In this document: one piece after another, positions 1 to 11,037 of the stretch
Position numbering within the stretch: the stretch's first letter is position 1
Layout: the number at the start of each line of letters is the position of its first letter
Assembly: GCA_026414225.1 (NCBI GenBank)
Contig: JAOAJK010000008.1
Span: 1,797 to 65,796, forward strand
DNA from: Thermoplasmata archaeon
GTDB taxonomy: Archaea > Thermoplasmatota > Thermoplasmata > Lutacidiplasmatales > SKW197
DNA: 64,000 nucleotides
Direction of reading: 5' to 3'
Program-made: the position numbers and the translations under genes
The notes under the pieces: generated by a model
The model's input: only the letters and a program-made list of their open reading frames with translations
Databases searched by the model: none
Told to the model about the DNA's origin: nothing

Positions 1-699
1 GCACTCGTGGTGCGGGAAGATAAGGTCCATTCCTCCACCATGAATGTCAAAGTTCTCGCCCAGGTATTTGACTGACATCACGGAGCATTCGATGTGCCAG
101 CCAGGTCGCCCATTTCCCCACGGGCTCTCCCAGTAAATTTCACCTTCCTTTGCCTTTTTCCACAATGCAAAATCCCATGGTTCTCGCTTGTCCTCGTTGA
201 TTTCCAGCGTGCGCATGTTTTCAATGTCCTGCTTCGAAAGCTTTCCAAACTCTTTCGCCTTTTTAACACTGAAATAAACGCTTCCGTTGGATTCGTATGC
301 ATAGCCCCCGGCAATGAGCTTCTCTATTGTTGAGATGATATCAGCCATGTGCTTTGTAACCCGCGGATAGTATGTGGCTGGCTTGATTTTCAGCCTGTGC
401 ATGTCCTCAAAGAATGCAGAGATAAATTTCTCGGCGAGTTTTCCGGGTTCAACACCTGTTTCGTTGGCCCTTGCAATTATCTTGTCGTCCACATCCGTGA
501 AGTTCTGGACATAGGTGACCCTGTAGCCAAGAAATTCCAGATACCTTCTTATTATGTCAAAGCAGACATACGAGCGGGCGTGTCCAACATGACAGTAATC
601 GTAAACTGTTGGGCCGCAGACATACATTTTCACACATCCTTTTTCCAGCGGCTCAAACGGCTCAAGTTGCTGGCTCAATGTGTTATAAATTCTGAGCAT
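1..699 (-). CDS. cysS: cysteine--tRNA ligase, N-terminal 233 codons (gene continues past window start)
   Basis: Absent from the ORF track because it is open at the window edge. My minus-strand translation from the ATG at 697-699 reads [44 protein letters not shown]...[14 protein letters not shown]...[14 protein letters not shown]. It has a class-I HIGH-type motif (HVGH) and the CysRS WHIEC motif. Confidence 0.9.
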   Translation of the reverse strand, partial: MLRIYNTLSQQLEPFEPLEKGCVKMYVCGPTVYDYCHVGHARSYVCFDIIRRYLEFLGYRVTYVQNFTDVDDKIIARANETGVEPGKLAEKFISAFFEDMHRLKIKPATYYPRVTKHMADIISTIEKLIAGGYAYESNGSVYFSVKKAKEFGKLSKQDIENMRTLEINEDKREPWDFALWKKAKEGEIYWESPWGNGRPGWHIECSVMSVKYLGENFDIHGGGMDLIFPHHEC

Positions 700-1102
700 G
701 CTATCTTGCCCCTTGAGTCCATTGAAATTCTTCCCCGCACATAAAGATTTCTCACGGTTGCGTCTGATTGCATCAGTATTGGATTATTTCAATTTGAAGG
801 AAGAGGGTTCTTCGATTTTATGGAAACGGCGGAGAAAGAGGAGGAAAAAATACTGATTAACTTCAAATGTGTGTATATATTTATAAAAATTACAAAAAAA
901 ACTTTATATACTCCACCAACATTACATTTTTTGGGTAAGAGCAAATGATGAGATGGTTCGCACGGGGTCCATCCACAGATGGCGTTCCGCAACTGCCTGT
1001 GAATGAAAGCGAGTATGGTGGGCCCGTTAGATTGGGTGCAAAAGGGTTGGGGGTCCAAGTGGGCAGCAATGTGTATCCGTTAAATTTGATGAGGGGAGTC
1101 TC

Positions 1103-3457
1103 ATGAGAACTGTCCGAACTCCATATGTGTGCATTCTAATATTCGTTTTGCTTTTTCTCCAGATAAAACCAGATGGCTTCCCATCGGCAGAAAGCGGTTT
1201 TATCCATACCCCTATTTTTACAGCAATCAGGGGACCCATTTTTATAGAAGGAGATAATTTCACTTCAGAAAATGGCGTATCCAGTGGTAGTGGGAGTCCG
1301 GGAGACCCGTAAATCATTGAGAATTGGATAATAGTTTCGAACGGCCAAATGGATCGAGTGAATATAAAAAATGCCACTAAATATTTTATCCTCAGGAATC
1401 TCATTATAAAAGGGGGAAATGGAAATTTTAGTGGAATCTCAATCGCTTTACCATTATCAGAAAATAGAGCATATCAATTTACTATAGAAAACTGCAAAAT
1501 TTCTGAGTACTCCACTGGAGTCCGGGTGCGAAGCGGTTCTGGAGGAATAATCTCACGGAATATAATTGAGAATTGCACTGTAAATGGGATAGACATCGCG
1601 GCTGAGAACTGGACATTATTAGAGAAGAATTCTGTGCACTGGTGCGGTGGTGATGGTATCTGATGTGGTTTTGCAGAAGAGGGGCAGGTAGGAGATTTTA
1701 TTGGAGCTGTGAAAGAAAACATAATTGGTGACAATGGGGGTGCGGAATTTCAGCGATTGCATTCAGAGGCAAAATTGAAAACAACAATATTTTTAACAAC
1801 AGGGGTTATGGAATTGCCGGTCGTGTGGAAGAATGTTATAACAATACCATTATTCGGAACAAAGGAGGTATCTGGAGCGATACATACCCCGGAAGTTATA
1901 TAATCAACAACAGCATTTTCAGCAATACCGAATTTGGAATTAGCATATTCTCCATTCCGCGAAACCATACATGCAACCTTTTAGATAACAACATCTCACA
2001 CAATCCATATGGTATCCTAATTAGAATCTGTCGCGAATGTGTGGGAAAATTACGGAATTAACATCACTGCCTGGAATAACTATTCTAGCGAAGACCTGAA
2101 TATATTTTGGATTTCACGAAATGTGTTTGTTGATAATAAAATCCAGGCATGCCAGAGCGGTTACTCCATAAACAAAGCTTGGAACCTTTCGTGCGAAGGC
2201 AATTACTGGAGCGACTGGCAGGAGCCAGATAATAACTACGATGGAATTGTGGATTTACCTTATGAGATTGCGGGGGATGCCGGTGCCAAGGACTATTCTC
2301 CACTAACCTATATTCCGGCTGCACCGACTGTGCCCCAGGAACTTAATGCAACACCCGGCAATCGATTCGTATGCCTGGAATGGAAGGAACCGGTTTACTG
2401 CGGGGCATCAAACATTACTGGCTACAGGGTTTACAGGGCAACCGAGCCCGACAGGTGGATTTTCGTTGCCCAGACGAAGGAACTCAACTACACGGACGCA
2501 AACCTCACGAATGGTCTCACATATTACTACTATGTCACCGCCCTGAACAGCCATGGAGAGAGCAGGAAATCCGAGACCGTGAATGCAACCCCTGGTGAAA
2601 TACCTGGAATCCCAGAGAATGTGCGGGCCTATAGCTTCGAGAAAAAGGCCGTGTTGCGGTGGGAGATGCCCAATTCTACTGGAGGCCTACCAATCACGGG
2701 TTACACGATCTACAGGAGCACATTTCCGCGCTGGCAAACCCTTTATGTGGATGCGGGTAATGTCACCGAATTTGTGGATGGCTGTGTTGAACCCAACACA
2801 ACCTATTACTACCGCATCGCCGCTGTGAACATCAAGGGTGAGGGGGAGAGATGCGGAGTTGTCAGTGCCACAACATCGGGCTTGAATGTAAGCATGGTTT
2901 TGAACAACCAGGTGCTCGGTCCTGGCGAGAACGCAACGGTTGCCGTGTATGTTGGGCGAAATGCGACCCGTGAGCCGCTCGCTGGTGCGCATGTAGTCCT
3001 GAGCATTGTGAATCTCACGGGCAGTGTGGAGTTGGCGGACGGCTACACGAATGCGAGCGGCATTTTCACCACGAAATTCATTGCGGGCTGTGTCAGGAGC
3101 CACCAAAACGGTTCCATCAGGGCAACGGTGTTTGCAGACAACTACAGCACTGTAACCACGAGCACGGCAATGACTCTGTTGCCTGCCGAGAAAGAAAGCG
3201 CAATGAAACTGATTGTGGAGGCAGGGAGCAAAATTCGCAATGGCCTCTGGAAGGTAAATGTCTATGTTGTTGAGGCAACCACGGGCAAGCCAGTAGAGAA
3301 TGCAGGCGTAGAGGTGAGGTTAAGCACGGGTGCCGTAGCAATGAACCGGAGCGATGCAAGCAGAAGAGCTGTTTTTGAGTTTCTGCTGGATGCAGCGGAC
3401 GCGCCCGTAGTTACGGCTGAGATATCTCAGAAAGAAGAAAAAGTGAGAAAATATTAG
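1103..3457 (+). pseudogene. disrupted secreted parallel beta-helix (NosD/PbH1-like) protein with two fibronectin-III domains and Ig-like C-terminal region
   Basis: Five ORF fragments (1103-1312, 1349-1663, 1709-1903, 1825-2061, 2039-3457) read as one protein. Parts: signal-peptide-like MRTVRTPYVCILIFVLLFL; beta-helix repeats (NCTVNGIDI, NNRGYGIAG, NTEFGISI, HNPYGILI); a GNYWSDW...YDGIVDLPYEI motif; then two FN3 units (ITGYRVYRA..., ITGYTIYRS...TTYYYRIAAVN). Disruptions: in-frame TAA at 1310-1312, in-frame TGA at 1661-1663, and frameshifts near 1742 and 2020-2040. Confidence 0.75.
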
Positions 3458-3478
3458 CGAGACGCCGCCACGGGCCGT

Positions 3479-3754
3479 TTACCTTGCCCCCATTACCCTC
3501 TTCTTTTCCTCCTTTATTGTATCCAGCCACTTTGACATGTGCGAATAGTATGCATACGTGAGCATGCAGGGAAAATCCTTGCAGTCAGTGCAATGCTTCT
3601 TTCCCCGCTTTTCCGCGCAATCCCGTATCGGACACTCGGTTTTTCTCGCCCCACAATAACCTCCCCGGCAGCCCCCGCACCTGCCCCATTTGAAGTAAAC
3701 ACACCAGGAACACACATTCCCGCAGGGATTCAGGTGCTCAAAATCGGATCGCAT
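3479..3754 (-). CDS. Cys-rich DUF3795-like protein
   Basis: 91 aa with the spacing CGNVCSWCVYF..GRCGGC...CPIRDCA...HCTDCKDFPC typical of DUF3795. It overlaps the upstream gene by 17 nt. Confidence 0.6.
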   Translation of the reverse strand: MRSDFEHLNPCGNVCSWCVYFKWGRCGGCRGGYCGARKTECPIRDCAEKRGKKHCTDCKDFPCMLTYAYYSHMSKWLDTIKEEKKRVMGAR

Positions 3755-4835
3755 TCACACCCACTTCTCTGCACCGGCTCATGCAGAGCCCGCAGCCAAA
3801 GCATTTCTCAATGTTGACCCTTGCAACTTTCTCAACAATGTTCAGTGCCTGATACGGGCAGCTCATTGCACAGAGCCCGCACCCGATACATTTTTCTTCG
3901 TCAATTTTGGGCGGCACTGGGTAGGTGCGAAACTCAAGTTTCTGGATGTGTTTTAACGCAAGCCCGCGCATTTCGTCGACGGTTGAATAACCCTTTCTTG
4001 CCATGAATTCCGCAATCTCTCCTGCAATCTTTCCAAACACTTTTGGCCCTTGTAAAATCGCGGCGGTGCACACCCCCACAGCATGGGCACCGGTCATTAT
4101 GAACTCAACTGCATCGTTTCCCGATTCGACGCCGCCGACGCCAATAACTGGCACATTCACGGTTCTCACAATGTCGTAAACACATCTCAGAGCAATTGGT
4201 TTTATTGCGCTTCCAGAAAGCCAGCCATAGAATTCCTTGCTTCCCATGTAGGGCATCCCTGTCTCGATGTCCACACCGAATGTTGGTCCAAATGAATTCA
4301 CAGCGGTTATTGCATCCGCACCGGCACTCACCGCCGCCCTTGCGAATAACTTGATGTCCGGCACATTCGGGGAGAGTTTGATTATCACTGGCAACCCGGT
4401 TTCTTTCGCCGCCTTGATTGCATTTTCCATTGGTTTCGTGTCGCTTCCAAGGTAGTGGGTCGAGAGTTCCAGTGCATCTGCATACGGCTTCACCTTCGGT
4501 GCAAGTTCCGCAATCTGCTCCGCGGTGTAGCCCAAGCTTATTATTAAAGGTAGCTTGGTAGTTCTGGCAATTCTGTATTCTCTTTCAATCCATTGCTCTG
4601 GGGGTAATTCAGACCACAGTTCTGTATTCAAGAATCCAGATTTTGTCTTTGCCATACAGGGTCTCGGCACTTCCGCTGCCTTTACCGATATCGTTTTGGT
4701 AACTATTGCCCCGGCCCCGCCCTTTGCACACTTCAAAATTGCCTCTCCATTCCTTACCGGTGGTCCAGCTGCAGGAATGACCGGGTTCCTGAATTTCAGC
4801 CCTGCAATCTCGACACTTAAATCAATCGCTTTCAT
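3738..4835 (-). CDS. dihydroorotate/dihydropyrimidine dehydrogenase-family flavoprotein (PreA-like) with C-terminal 2x[4Fe-4S] ferredoxin domain
   Basis: TIM-barrel DHOD/DPD signature (LKFRNPVIPAAG, GAGAIVTKT, VIGVGGV). Two CxxCxxCxxxC(P) motifs (CIGCGLCAMSCP, CFGCGLCMSRC). ATGA overlap with the upstream amidohydrolase gene. Confidence 0.8.
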   Translation of the reverse strand: MKAIDLSVEIAGLKFRNPVIPAAGPPVRNGEAILKCAKGGAGAIVTKTISVKAAEVPRPCMAKTKSGFLNTELWSELPPEQWIEREYRIARTTKLPLIISLGYTAEQIAELAPKVKPYADALELSTHYLGSDTKPMENAIKAAKETGLPVIIKLSPNVPDIKLFARAAVSAGADAITAVNSFGPTFGVDIETGMPYMGSKEFYGWLSGSAIKPIALRCVYDIVRTVNVPVIGVGGVESGNDAVEFIMTGAHAVGVCTAAILQGPKVFGKIAGEIAEFMARKGYSTVDEMRGLALKHIQKLEFRTYPVPPKIDEEKCIGCGLCAMSCPYQALNIVEKVARVNIEKCFGCGLCMSRCREVGVNAIRF

Positions 4836-6139
4836 GCATTCACCTTCTCCCAGATTTTCCTCGAGATTTTTATACCTTTCTCCATGAGGCCCTCTTCGTC
4901 CAATCCCTCGAGTTTCCCATCGTTCAGAACAATTTTTCCATTCACGACTACATCCCTGACACCTGCAGCATCAAGTCCGAAGATGAAATGCCAGGGAAAA
5001 TTACCCGGAGTAATCTCCGTATAATTCCTGTAATCGATAAGGATAAAGTCCGCCGCATAGTTTTCTGCAATCTTCCCCAGTTTCACTCCGAAAAATCTCT
5101 CAGCCAGTTCTGCATTGCCGGAAAGCATCCTCCACACAGTGCTAGCAGGCATCTCGCAGGGATCGGCATTTGCAAATTTGTGGAGGATGTGGCAAACCTT
5201 TGCCTCCGTAAACATATCATGGGTGAAACCGTCAGTCCCGAGGTACACTTTCAATCCTCTTTCCAGCATCAACGGAATTTTTGCATATCCAACTGCGTTG
5301 TTCATATTTGATTCTGGACAGTGAATTATGTTCGCACTCACGCCCCCCAGGTTCTCCAGCTCGTTCTCGCTTAAGTGAATGCAGTGCACGCAGAGGGCTC
5401 TTTCATCAAGCAATCCGAATTTCGCGATTCTGGATACCACATCCATGCCGTGGTTTTCCCTTGCCTCCTTCTGATCAACCGTATCCTCAGCCACATGAAT
5501 GTGGATCCCCGCACCCGTGGCATCCTTTACCGCCCGTATCCTCTCGAAGGTCGTATCGGAAACAGTAAAAGAGGCATGGATTCCGATTGTGCCAGAAACC
5601 ATGGGTCCTCGGTTTTTCACAAATCGCTCGTTTTCCCTGATTGCTTCCTCTGCTTTCGCCTCGCCATACCGGTCCGTGATTTCATAACTGAGATTCACCC
5701 TTACTCCAAGCTTTGCCGCCACATCAGCAATTGTGTCGAGAGAGCCAGCAATGAACTGCGGGCTTGCATGGTGGTCAAAATATGTGGTGGTGCCGTGCTT
5801 GACCCCCTCAATGAATGAAACCCAGGCAGAGTATTCCACCGATTCCCTATCCAGCACTGAATCGAGTTTCCACCAGAGGTTTTTGAGGATGTTCGGAAAA
5901 TCTGTGAGAGGTCCTCTTACACTCATTCCCCTTGCAAAGGCGCTGTAGATGTGGGTATGGGCACATACCATGCCGGGCATCAATATTCTGCCCCTGCAAT
6001 CATAGAACTCCACGCCATGCTTCCGCTTGAGTTCAGCCGTGTCGCCCGTTTCAATAATCCTGCCATTCTCGACAAGCACACCAAGATCTCCAGCTATAGA
6101 ACCATCTTCCCTCAGCACCCTTGCATTCCCGAAAAGCAT
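4832..6139 (-). CDS. metal-dependent amidohydrolase/deaminase (SsnA / chlorohydrolase / guanine-cytosine deaminase-like family)
   Basis: 435 aa. HxH (CAHTHIYSA), HIHVAED (HxHxxE), HCIHL and GTDG motifs in the order expected for COG0402-type deaminases. Confidence 0.8.
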   Translation of the reverse strand: MLFGNARVLREDGSIAGDLGVLVENGRIIETGDTAELKRKHGVEFYDCRGRILMPGMVCAHTHIYSAFARGMSVRGPLTDFPNILKNLWWKLDSVLDRESVEYSAWVSFIEGVKHGTTTYFDHHASPQFIAGSLDTIADVAAKLGVRVNLSYEITDRYGEAKAEEAIRENERFVKNRGPMVSGTIGIHASFTVSDTTFERIRAVKDATGAGIHIHVAEDTVDQKEARENHGMDVVSRIAKFGLLDERALCVHCIHLSENELENLGGVSANIIHCPESNMNNAVGYAKIPLMLERGLKVYLGTDGFTHDMFTEAKVCHILHKFANADPCEMPASTVWRMLSGNAELAERFFGVKLGKIAENYAADFILIDYRNYTEITPGNFPWHFIFGLDAAGVRDVVVNGKIVLNDGKLEGLDEEGLMEKGIKISRKIWEKVNA

Positions 6140-6143
6140 GGGC

Positions 6144-6596
6144 TCACTTATCCACGCCTTTCAGTGCCCTTATTTGCTTCACCACACTTTCCACTGCATT
6201 CTTTGCGTTCTCAATCCTGTCCTCCGCCTGCAACCTTGTCATTCCTGGTCCTGAAATTCCGAGACCGACTGGCTTTTCAAATTCGACACTCAAATCCGCA
6301 AGTTTCCTCGCTGCGTTCTGCATTATTATCTGGTCATGGTCAGTTTCTCCCTTTATCACCGCACCTAGCGCAACCACACCATCGATGTCCTTCCGTCTCA
6401 GCAATTTCTTTGCCGCCACCGGCATGTCATACACGCCGGGCATTGTCACAATCTCTGCGATATCCACGCCGAGAAACTCCGCGTGCGCCTTCGCCCTCTC
6501 CAGCATCATCATGGTGATGTCGTAGTTGAACTCGCTCACCACTATTCCAATTCTTATTTTTTCTGCCATTTTCCTTCCTCCTGCCCTGTCCGTCAT
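6144..6596 (-). CDS. ribH: 6,7-dimethyl-8-ribityllumazine synthase
   Basis: IRIGIVVSEFNYDIT...VTMPGVYDMPVAAKKL...DGVVALGAVIKGETDH is the lumazine synthase core. The true start may be the internal ATG at 6569 (MAEKIRIG). Confidence 0.9.
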   Translation of the reverse strand: MTDRAGGRKMAEKIRIGIVVSEFNYDITMMMLERAKAHAEFLGVDIAEIVTMPGVYDMPVAAKKLLRRKDIDGVVALGAVIKGETDHDQIIMQNAARKLADLSVEFEKPVGLGISGPGMTRLQAEDRIENAKNAVESVVKQIRALKGVDK

Positions 6597-6602
6597 CCTT
6601 AC

Positions 6603-7220
6603 CTACCTGTAAATTTCATGGAGTTTTGGTCTCCTTGCATCCCCTTCATCCTTCTCAGTGTCCTCCTCCACAAGCTGCCCTTGCTTCTTTATCGGCCCAA
6701 AAAACTTCTCCGCTTCGCCTATTGCATCAAAAAACATGTTTTCGGCCCACTGGGGAATGATTGAAATGTTGTGGAATACATTTTCCATCACATACGAAAT
6801 GGTCAGGCGCTCGTACTTTTCATAGTATTGCTTGTACTTCCGCTTTATGAGTTTTACTATTTTTTCCCTTATCCTTTCCAGATTCTCTGACTTCACATTT
6901 ATCTTCTTCTTTCTGAGTGTGTCGAGTTCCTCGCCAATCACGAAGTCCGCCAGTCGCTCAATTGAGTCCTCATCAAACTCCCACGGGTTCACATAAACCA
7001 GCTTTGGTTTCACCCTGAGGAGCACATCTAGGAAGTGGGGCCAGTTATCGGGATCAGACAGGGCTGCCTTGGTAAGTTTGTCGATCTCCGGTAGATAGCC
7101 CATTAAATACGGAATTTCCTCCTTTTTCAGGGTTTCCAGAATTTTGGGGTAGATATCTTCAATCAACTCTGGCTGTGTCACCACTTCCCATTTTATCTCT
7201 TTTCTTTCCCCTTTTCTCAT
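6603..7220 (-). CDS. hypothetical protein embedded in riboflavin operon
   Basis: 205-aa ORF with coding-like composition. It lies 4 nt after the ribC stop, and its own stop is 6 nt before the ribH ORF start. I recognise no motif. Confidence 0.6.
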   Translation of the reverse strand: MRKGERKEIKWEVVTQPELIEDIYPKILETLKKEEIPYLMGYLPEIDKLTKAALSDPDNWPHFLDVLLRVKPKLVYVNPWEFDEDSIERLADFVIGEELDTLRKKKINVKSENLERIREKIVKLIKRKYKQYYEKYERLTISYVMENVFHNISIIPQWAENMFFDAIGEAEKFFGPIKKQGQLVEEDTEKDEGDARRPKLHEIYR

Positions 7221-7224
7221 CGTT

Positions 7225-8132
<908 letters not shown>

Positions 8133-8906
8133 TTCGCCATGCCTCTATGATTTCCTTACCCTCAACGAATATTAAATCGTTTTGCTGCGCGTATCTCCAT
8201 GCATCTACCTTTTTCATAGCATAGCCATCATCGGCCATAATTTCGCAGATTGCTGCGGATGGAGCAACACCCGCCATAACCATCAGGGCAGTAGCGAGTT
8301 CGGTGTGCCCCTGCCTTCTGGTAACCAGACCTTTGCTCGCATTCAGCAGCGGCACATGGCCAGGGCTTCTAAAACCTGCCTTCATTGCTCTCAGGGTGTC
8401 TTCCGGGTTGCGGTGACTAAAATAGTCGTTCACGCATCTCCCGAATTCTGAAATTGTGAGAGCCCTATCTCTATCCGTAATCCCTGTAAAGGTTTTCCGG
8501 TGGTTGATGGTAACCGAGAACGAGCTCTTTGCATCGTACGGGATGTCATAGGGCTCAAGGACCTTAAGTATCCGGTAATCGTCCCAGCACCTGGGAAAAA
8601 CATCCGTCAGATATGGGAGACCCACCGCTTCCCAGAATTCTGGGGGCACGGTAACGCAGATTAAACCACCCCCTTCCTTCCGCATCTGCCTCACATGTTC
8701 GGGGGTCACAAACTGGCTGCAGATAACAAAATCGGTCTCGTGCTCCCTCTCGTCAGCATCATACACCAGAACGAATTTACCGCTGGCAACCGCCTCCAGT
8801 GCGTCTTTAAACATTGTGGAGATAGTAAGAGACCGCAGATAAAAAGGTTTGGGAGCGGGAGACAAAAACCGTGTAGCGGAGACCGCACAGTGCAAATACT
8901 CTTGCG

Positions 8907-8920
8907 AAAAATATAAATTG
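8907..8920 (+). promoter_or_regulatory. TATA-like box (aaaaatataaattg) in the ribB / TPR-gene divergent intergenic region
   Basis: AT-rich octamer about 15-30 nt upstream of the 8932/8941 alternative starts. Position only; not tested. Confidence 0.35.
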
Positions 8921-8931
8921 TTTAATTCCAT

Positions 8932-10224
8932 TTGGGTAATGTGGCTGAACCCAATATAATTCGAAATTTGGTTGTGGACACACTTAGAAAAATCGTCGGG
9001 GATACAGGGCAAACCCTTTATGAAAGCGTCTGTGAGACCTATTCTATTAACCCTTCAAATCCAAAATCTGAGGACATTCCGAAGATTGGGAAGGGACTTG
9101 TTGAGGTGCTGAAGCCCTACGGCGAAGATAGGATAAAGATGTTTTTGAAGACGATGAGACAGATCCAGATGATTCTTGACGAAGAAAAAGCAAAGCCGGA
9201 AATCATAGAAGAAATGTTACTTTACATTGGAGACATGTTCCTGGTCATTGGAGATTATAACGAGGCACTTGCCAATTACTTTGAGGCAGCCAACATAGCC
9301 ACAAACACAGGTAATAAGGTCATTCTTGCAAGGGCAATCCGGCGGGTCGGTGATGTTTATGGGGCAAGGGGGGATTATGCATCTGCAATTGCAAAGTACG
9401 AAGAATCTATCGTGTTGTCTGAGTCGACAAACGACATTGATGGAATTGTAGAGTCCATGCGGGAGATTGCAGAGATTGAGTGGAAGCAGGGCAAGTTCAG
9501 GCAGGCAAAGGAGAAGATGAAAAGCGCGGTGGAACTTGCTGAGAAAGCAAAAAATCCGGTTCTGAAATCCAAAATTTTCCTCACATTTTCCAGGATCTAT
9601 CTTTATCAGGGCGAAATTAATGTAGCTCTCCAGTATCTCCAGAACTCCCTTAAAATTTCCAAGGAGTCCAGGGACCCGTTTGAAATCTGCAGAATCTACA
9701 ACACATTCGGAGTGTTTTATTACACCGTTGAGGATTATGCGAAGGCATCTGAGTATTTCCAGGAAACCGTAAATCTCGGGAGGAGCATGGGAGACCTGTT
9801 AATTTACACCTATGGACTGATCAACCTCGGAAGCTGCTACATTAACTTGTCAAAGATTGACGAGGCACAGAAAATGCTGGAGGAGGCAATGAAACTGGTT
9901 TCAAGGTTTGAGAATAAATATGCGCTCGGGATTCTCTATTCTGTTATTGGGAAGCTGCATGCCTCGAAACGTAACTGGGAACTTGCAAAGAAAAACTTTT
10001 CAAATGCAATGACCCTCCTCCAGGATCTCGGACTTGAATTTAACCTGGGATGGACCTATGTATACATCGCAGAGATGTACGCTGAAAAAGGAGAACCCGG
10101 GATTGCAGTTACATATCTGGAGAAAGCGAGAAACATCTTCGAGAAACTGAACAACGCTTACCTTGCGGAAAGATTTGAAAAAAAGGCGAAGGAGATTGCA
10201 AAATCACAGCCCGGAAAGAAATAG
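8932..10224 (+). CDS. tetratricopeptide-repeat (TPR) protein
   Basis: 430 aa. Repeated A..Y.EA/ G.Y..A...YE.S/ ...A..Y...AL TPR units throughout the C-terminal 330 aa. The track start is TTG, so the start is uncertain. Confidence 0.75.
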   Translation: MGNVAEPNIIRNLVVDTLRKIVGDTGQTLYESVCETYSINPSNPKSEDIPKIGKGLVEVLKPYGEDRIKMFLKTMRQIQMILDEEKAKPEIIEEMLLYIGDMFLVIGDYNEALANYFEAANIATNTGNKVILARAIRRVGDVYGARGDYASAIAKYEESIVLSESTNDIDGIVESMREIAEIEWKQGKFRQAKEKMKSAVELAEKAKNPVLKSKIFLTFSRIYLYQGEINVALQYLQNSLKISKESRDPFEICRIYNTFGVFYYTVEDYAKASEYFQETVNLGRSMGDLLIYTYGLINLGSCYINLSKIDEAQKMLEEAMKLVSRFENKYALGILYSVIGKLHASKRNWELAKKNFSNAMTLLQDLGLEFNLGWTYVYIAEMYAEKGEPGIAVTYLEKARNIFEKLNNAYLAERFEKKAKEIAKSQPGKK

Positions 10225-11037
10225 ACCTAGAACAAACACCGCAAACCCGAAGGAATAAAGGGAGAAGAGGTAAAATTTCTTTCCCCTGAGAATCCACATC
10301 AGGAGTTTGAGTGAGAGAAGGCCTACAATAAATGCGGTCAGTCCGCCAATCAGCATTACCTGGATATCTATGGCGCCATTCATCCCGGTAATCTCGCGAA
10401 TTTCCAGAAGAGTAGCGCCGAGAAATGCGGGTAAACTTGCAATGAAACTGAACCTGGCCGCGTCTTCCCGCCTCAGCCCTCTTGCAACCCCTACTGCTAT
10501 TGTAGACCCGGACCTTGAAAGCCCCGAAAATGAAGATAAGCCCTGCATTGTGCCTATTGCCAGGGCATCCCCCAGGTTCATCTGGCTCTGCTTCCTTCCA
10601 CCCTTTCCGAATTTCGTGGAAAGATTCAGCAATCCCTGGATTATGAACGCAATTCCAACCGGTAAAAGGGTTTTGATGTACAGGTCGATGATGTAGAGGT
10701 CAACGATTATTCCAATAATCCCAGTCGGGATTACAGAAAGGAGGAGAAGGGCTGCATACTTTCTCTCAGGCGTTTTTGTTACAGATTTCCTGAGACCGGT
10801 CCCATGCACCACATCTGAAAGAATCGCCAGAAGCGTTTTCAAAATCTTTAGAATCTCCCTCCAAAAAAAAATTGTAATTACTAGCATCGTAGCAAAATGG
10901 AGGCCGATGTTAAAGCTGAAGGGAATCTCCTGTTGTAGCAGATGCTGGGCCACAATGAAATGCCCGGAGCTGCTTATCGGCAGCCACTCTGCAATTCCCT
11001 GAATAATCCCGAGAATCACGGCGGTGAGCCAATCCAT
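10204..11037 (-). CDS. uppP: undecaprenyl-diphosphate phosphatase
   Basis: MDWLTAVILGIIQGIAEWLPISSSGH (BacA/UppP signature), an internal SRSGSTI motif, and multiple TM helices. I trimmed the start to the ATG at 11035-11037. Confidence 0.88.
   Translation of the reverse strand: MDWLTAVILGIIQGIAEWLPISSSGHFIVAQHLLQQEIPFSFNIGLHFATMLVITIFFWREILKILKTLLAILSDVVHGTGLRKSVTKTPERKYAALLLLSVIPTGIIGIIVDLYIIDLYIKTLLPVGIAFIIQGLLNLSTKFGKGGRKQSQMNLGDALAIGTMQGLSSFSGLSRSGSTIAVGVARGLRREDAARFSFIASLPAFLGATLLEIREITGMNGAIDIQVMLIGGLTAFIVGLLSLKLLMWILRGKKFYLFSLYSFGFAVFVLGLFLSGL

Noticed and set aside
349-744. 131-aa plus-strand ORF (and 78..314 / 94..333) at the window start
   Set aside because: They lie antisense or out of frame to an unmistakable cysS reading frame (HIGH motif, WHIEC) on the minus strand. 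They have no motifs of their own.
940-1075. GC-rich island with an ATGATGA (C-box-like) heptamer in the AT-rich cysS/pseudogene intergenic region; considered a C/D-box sRNA or other ncRNA
   Set aside because: There is no CUGA D'/D box at the required ~12-nt spacing after the C-box-like motif, and I could not fold a convincing structure by eye. Covariance-model scanning would be needed.
1310-1312. In-frame TAA at a predicted Tyr position as possible stop-codon reassignment or readthrough
   Set aside because: TAA terminates well-supported genes in the same window (for example ribH). The same gene also carries a TGA and two frameshifts, so pseudogenisation is the simpler explanation.
8815-9012. 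N-terminal 66-codon extension of the ribB ORF in the track
   Set aside because: The homology-like sequence starts at MFKDALEAV (8814). The extension would overlap the divergent TPR gene start and its TATA-like box. Similar unsupported 5' extensions were trimmed for uppP (11038-11166), ssb (13623-13760), FKBP (36296-36463) and the GNAT (39154-39246).
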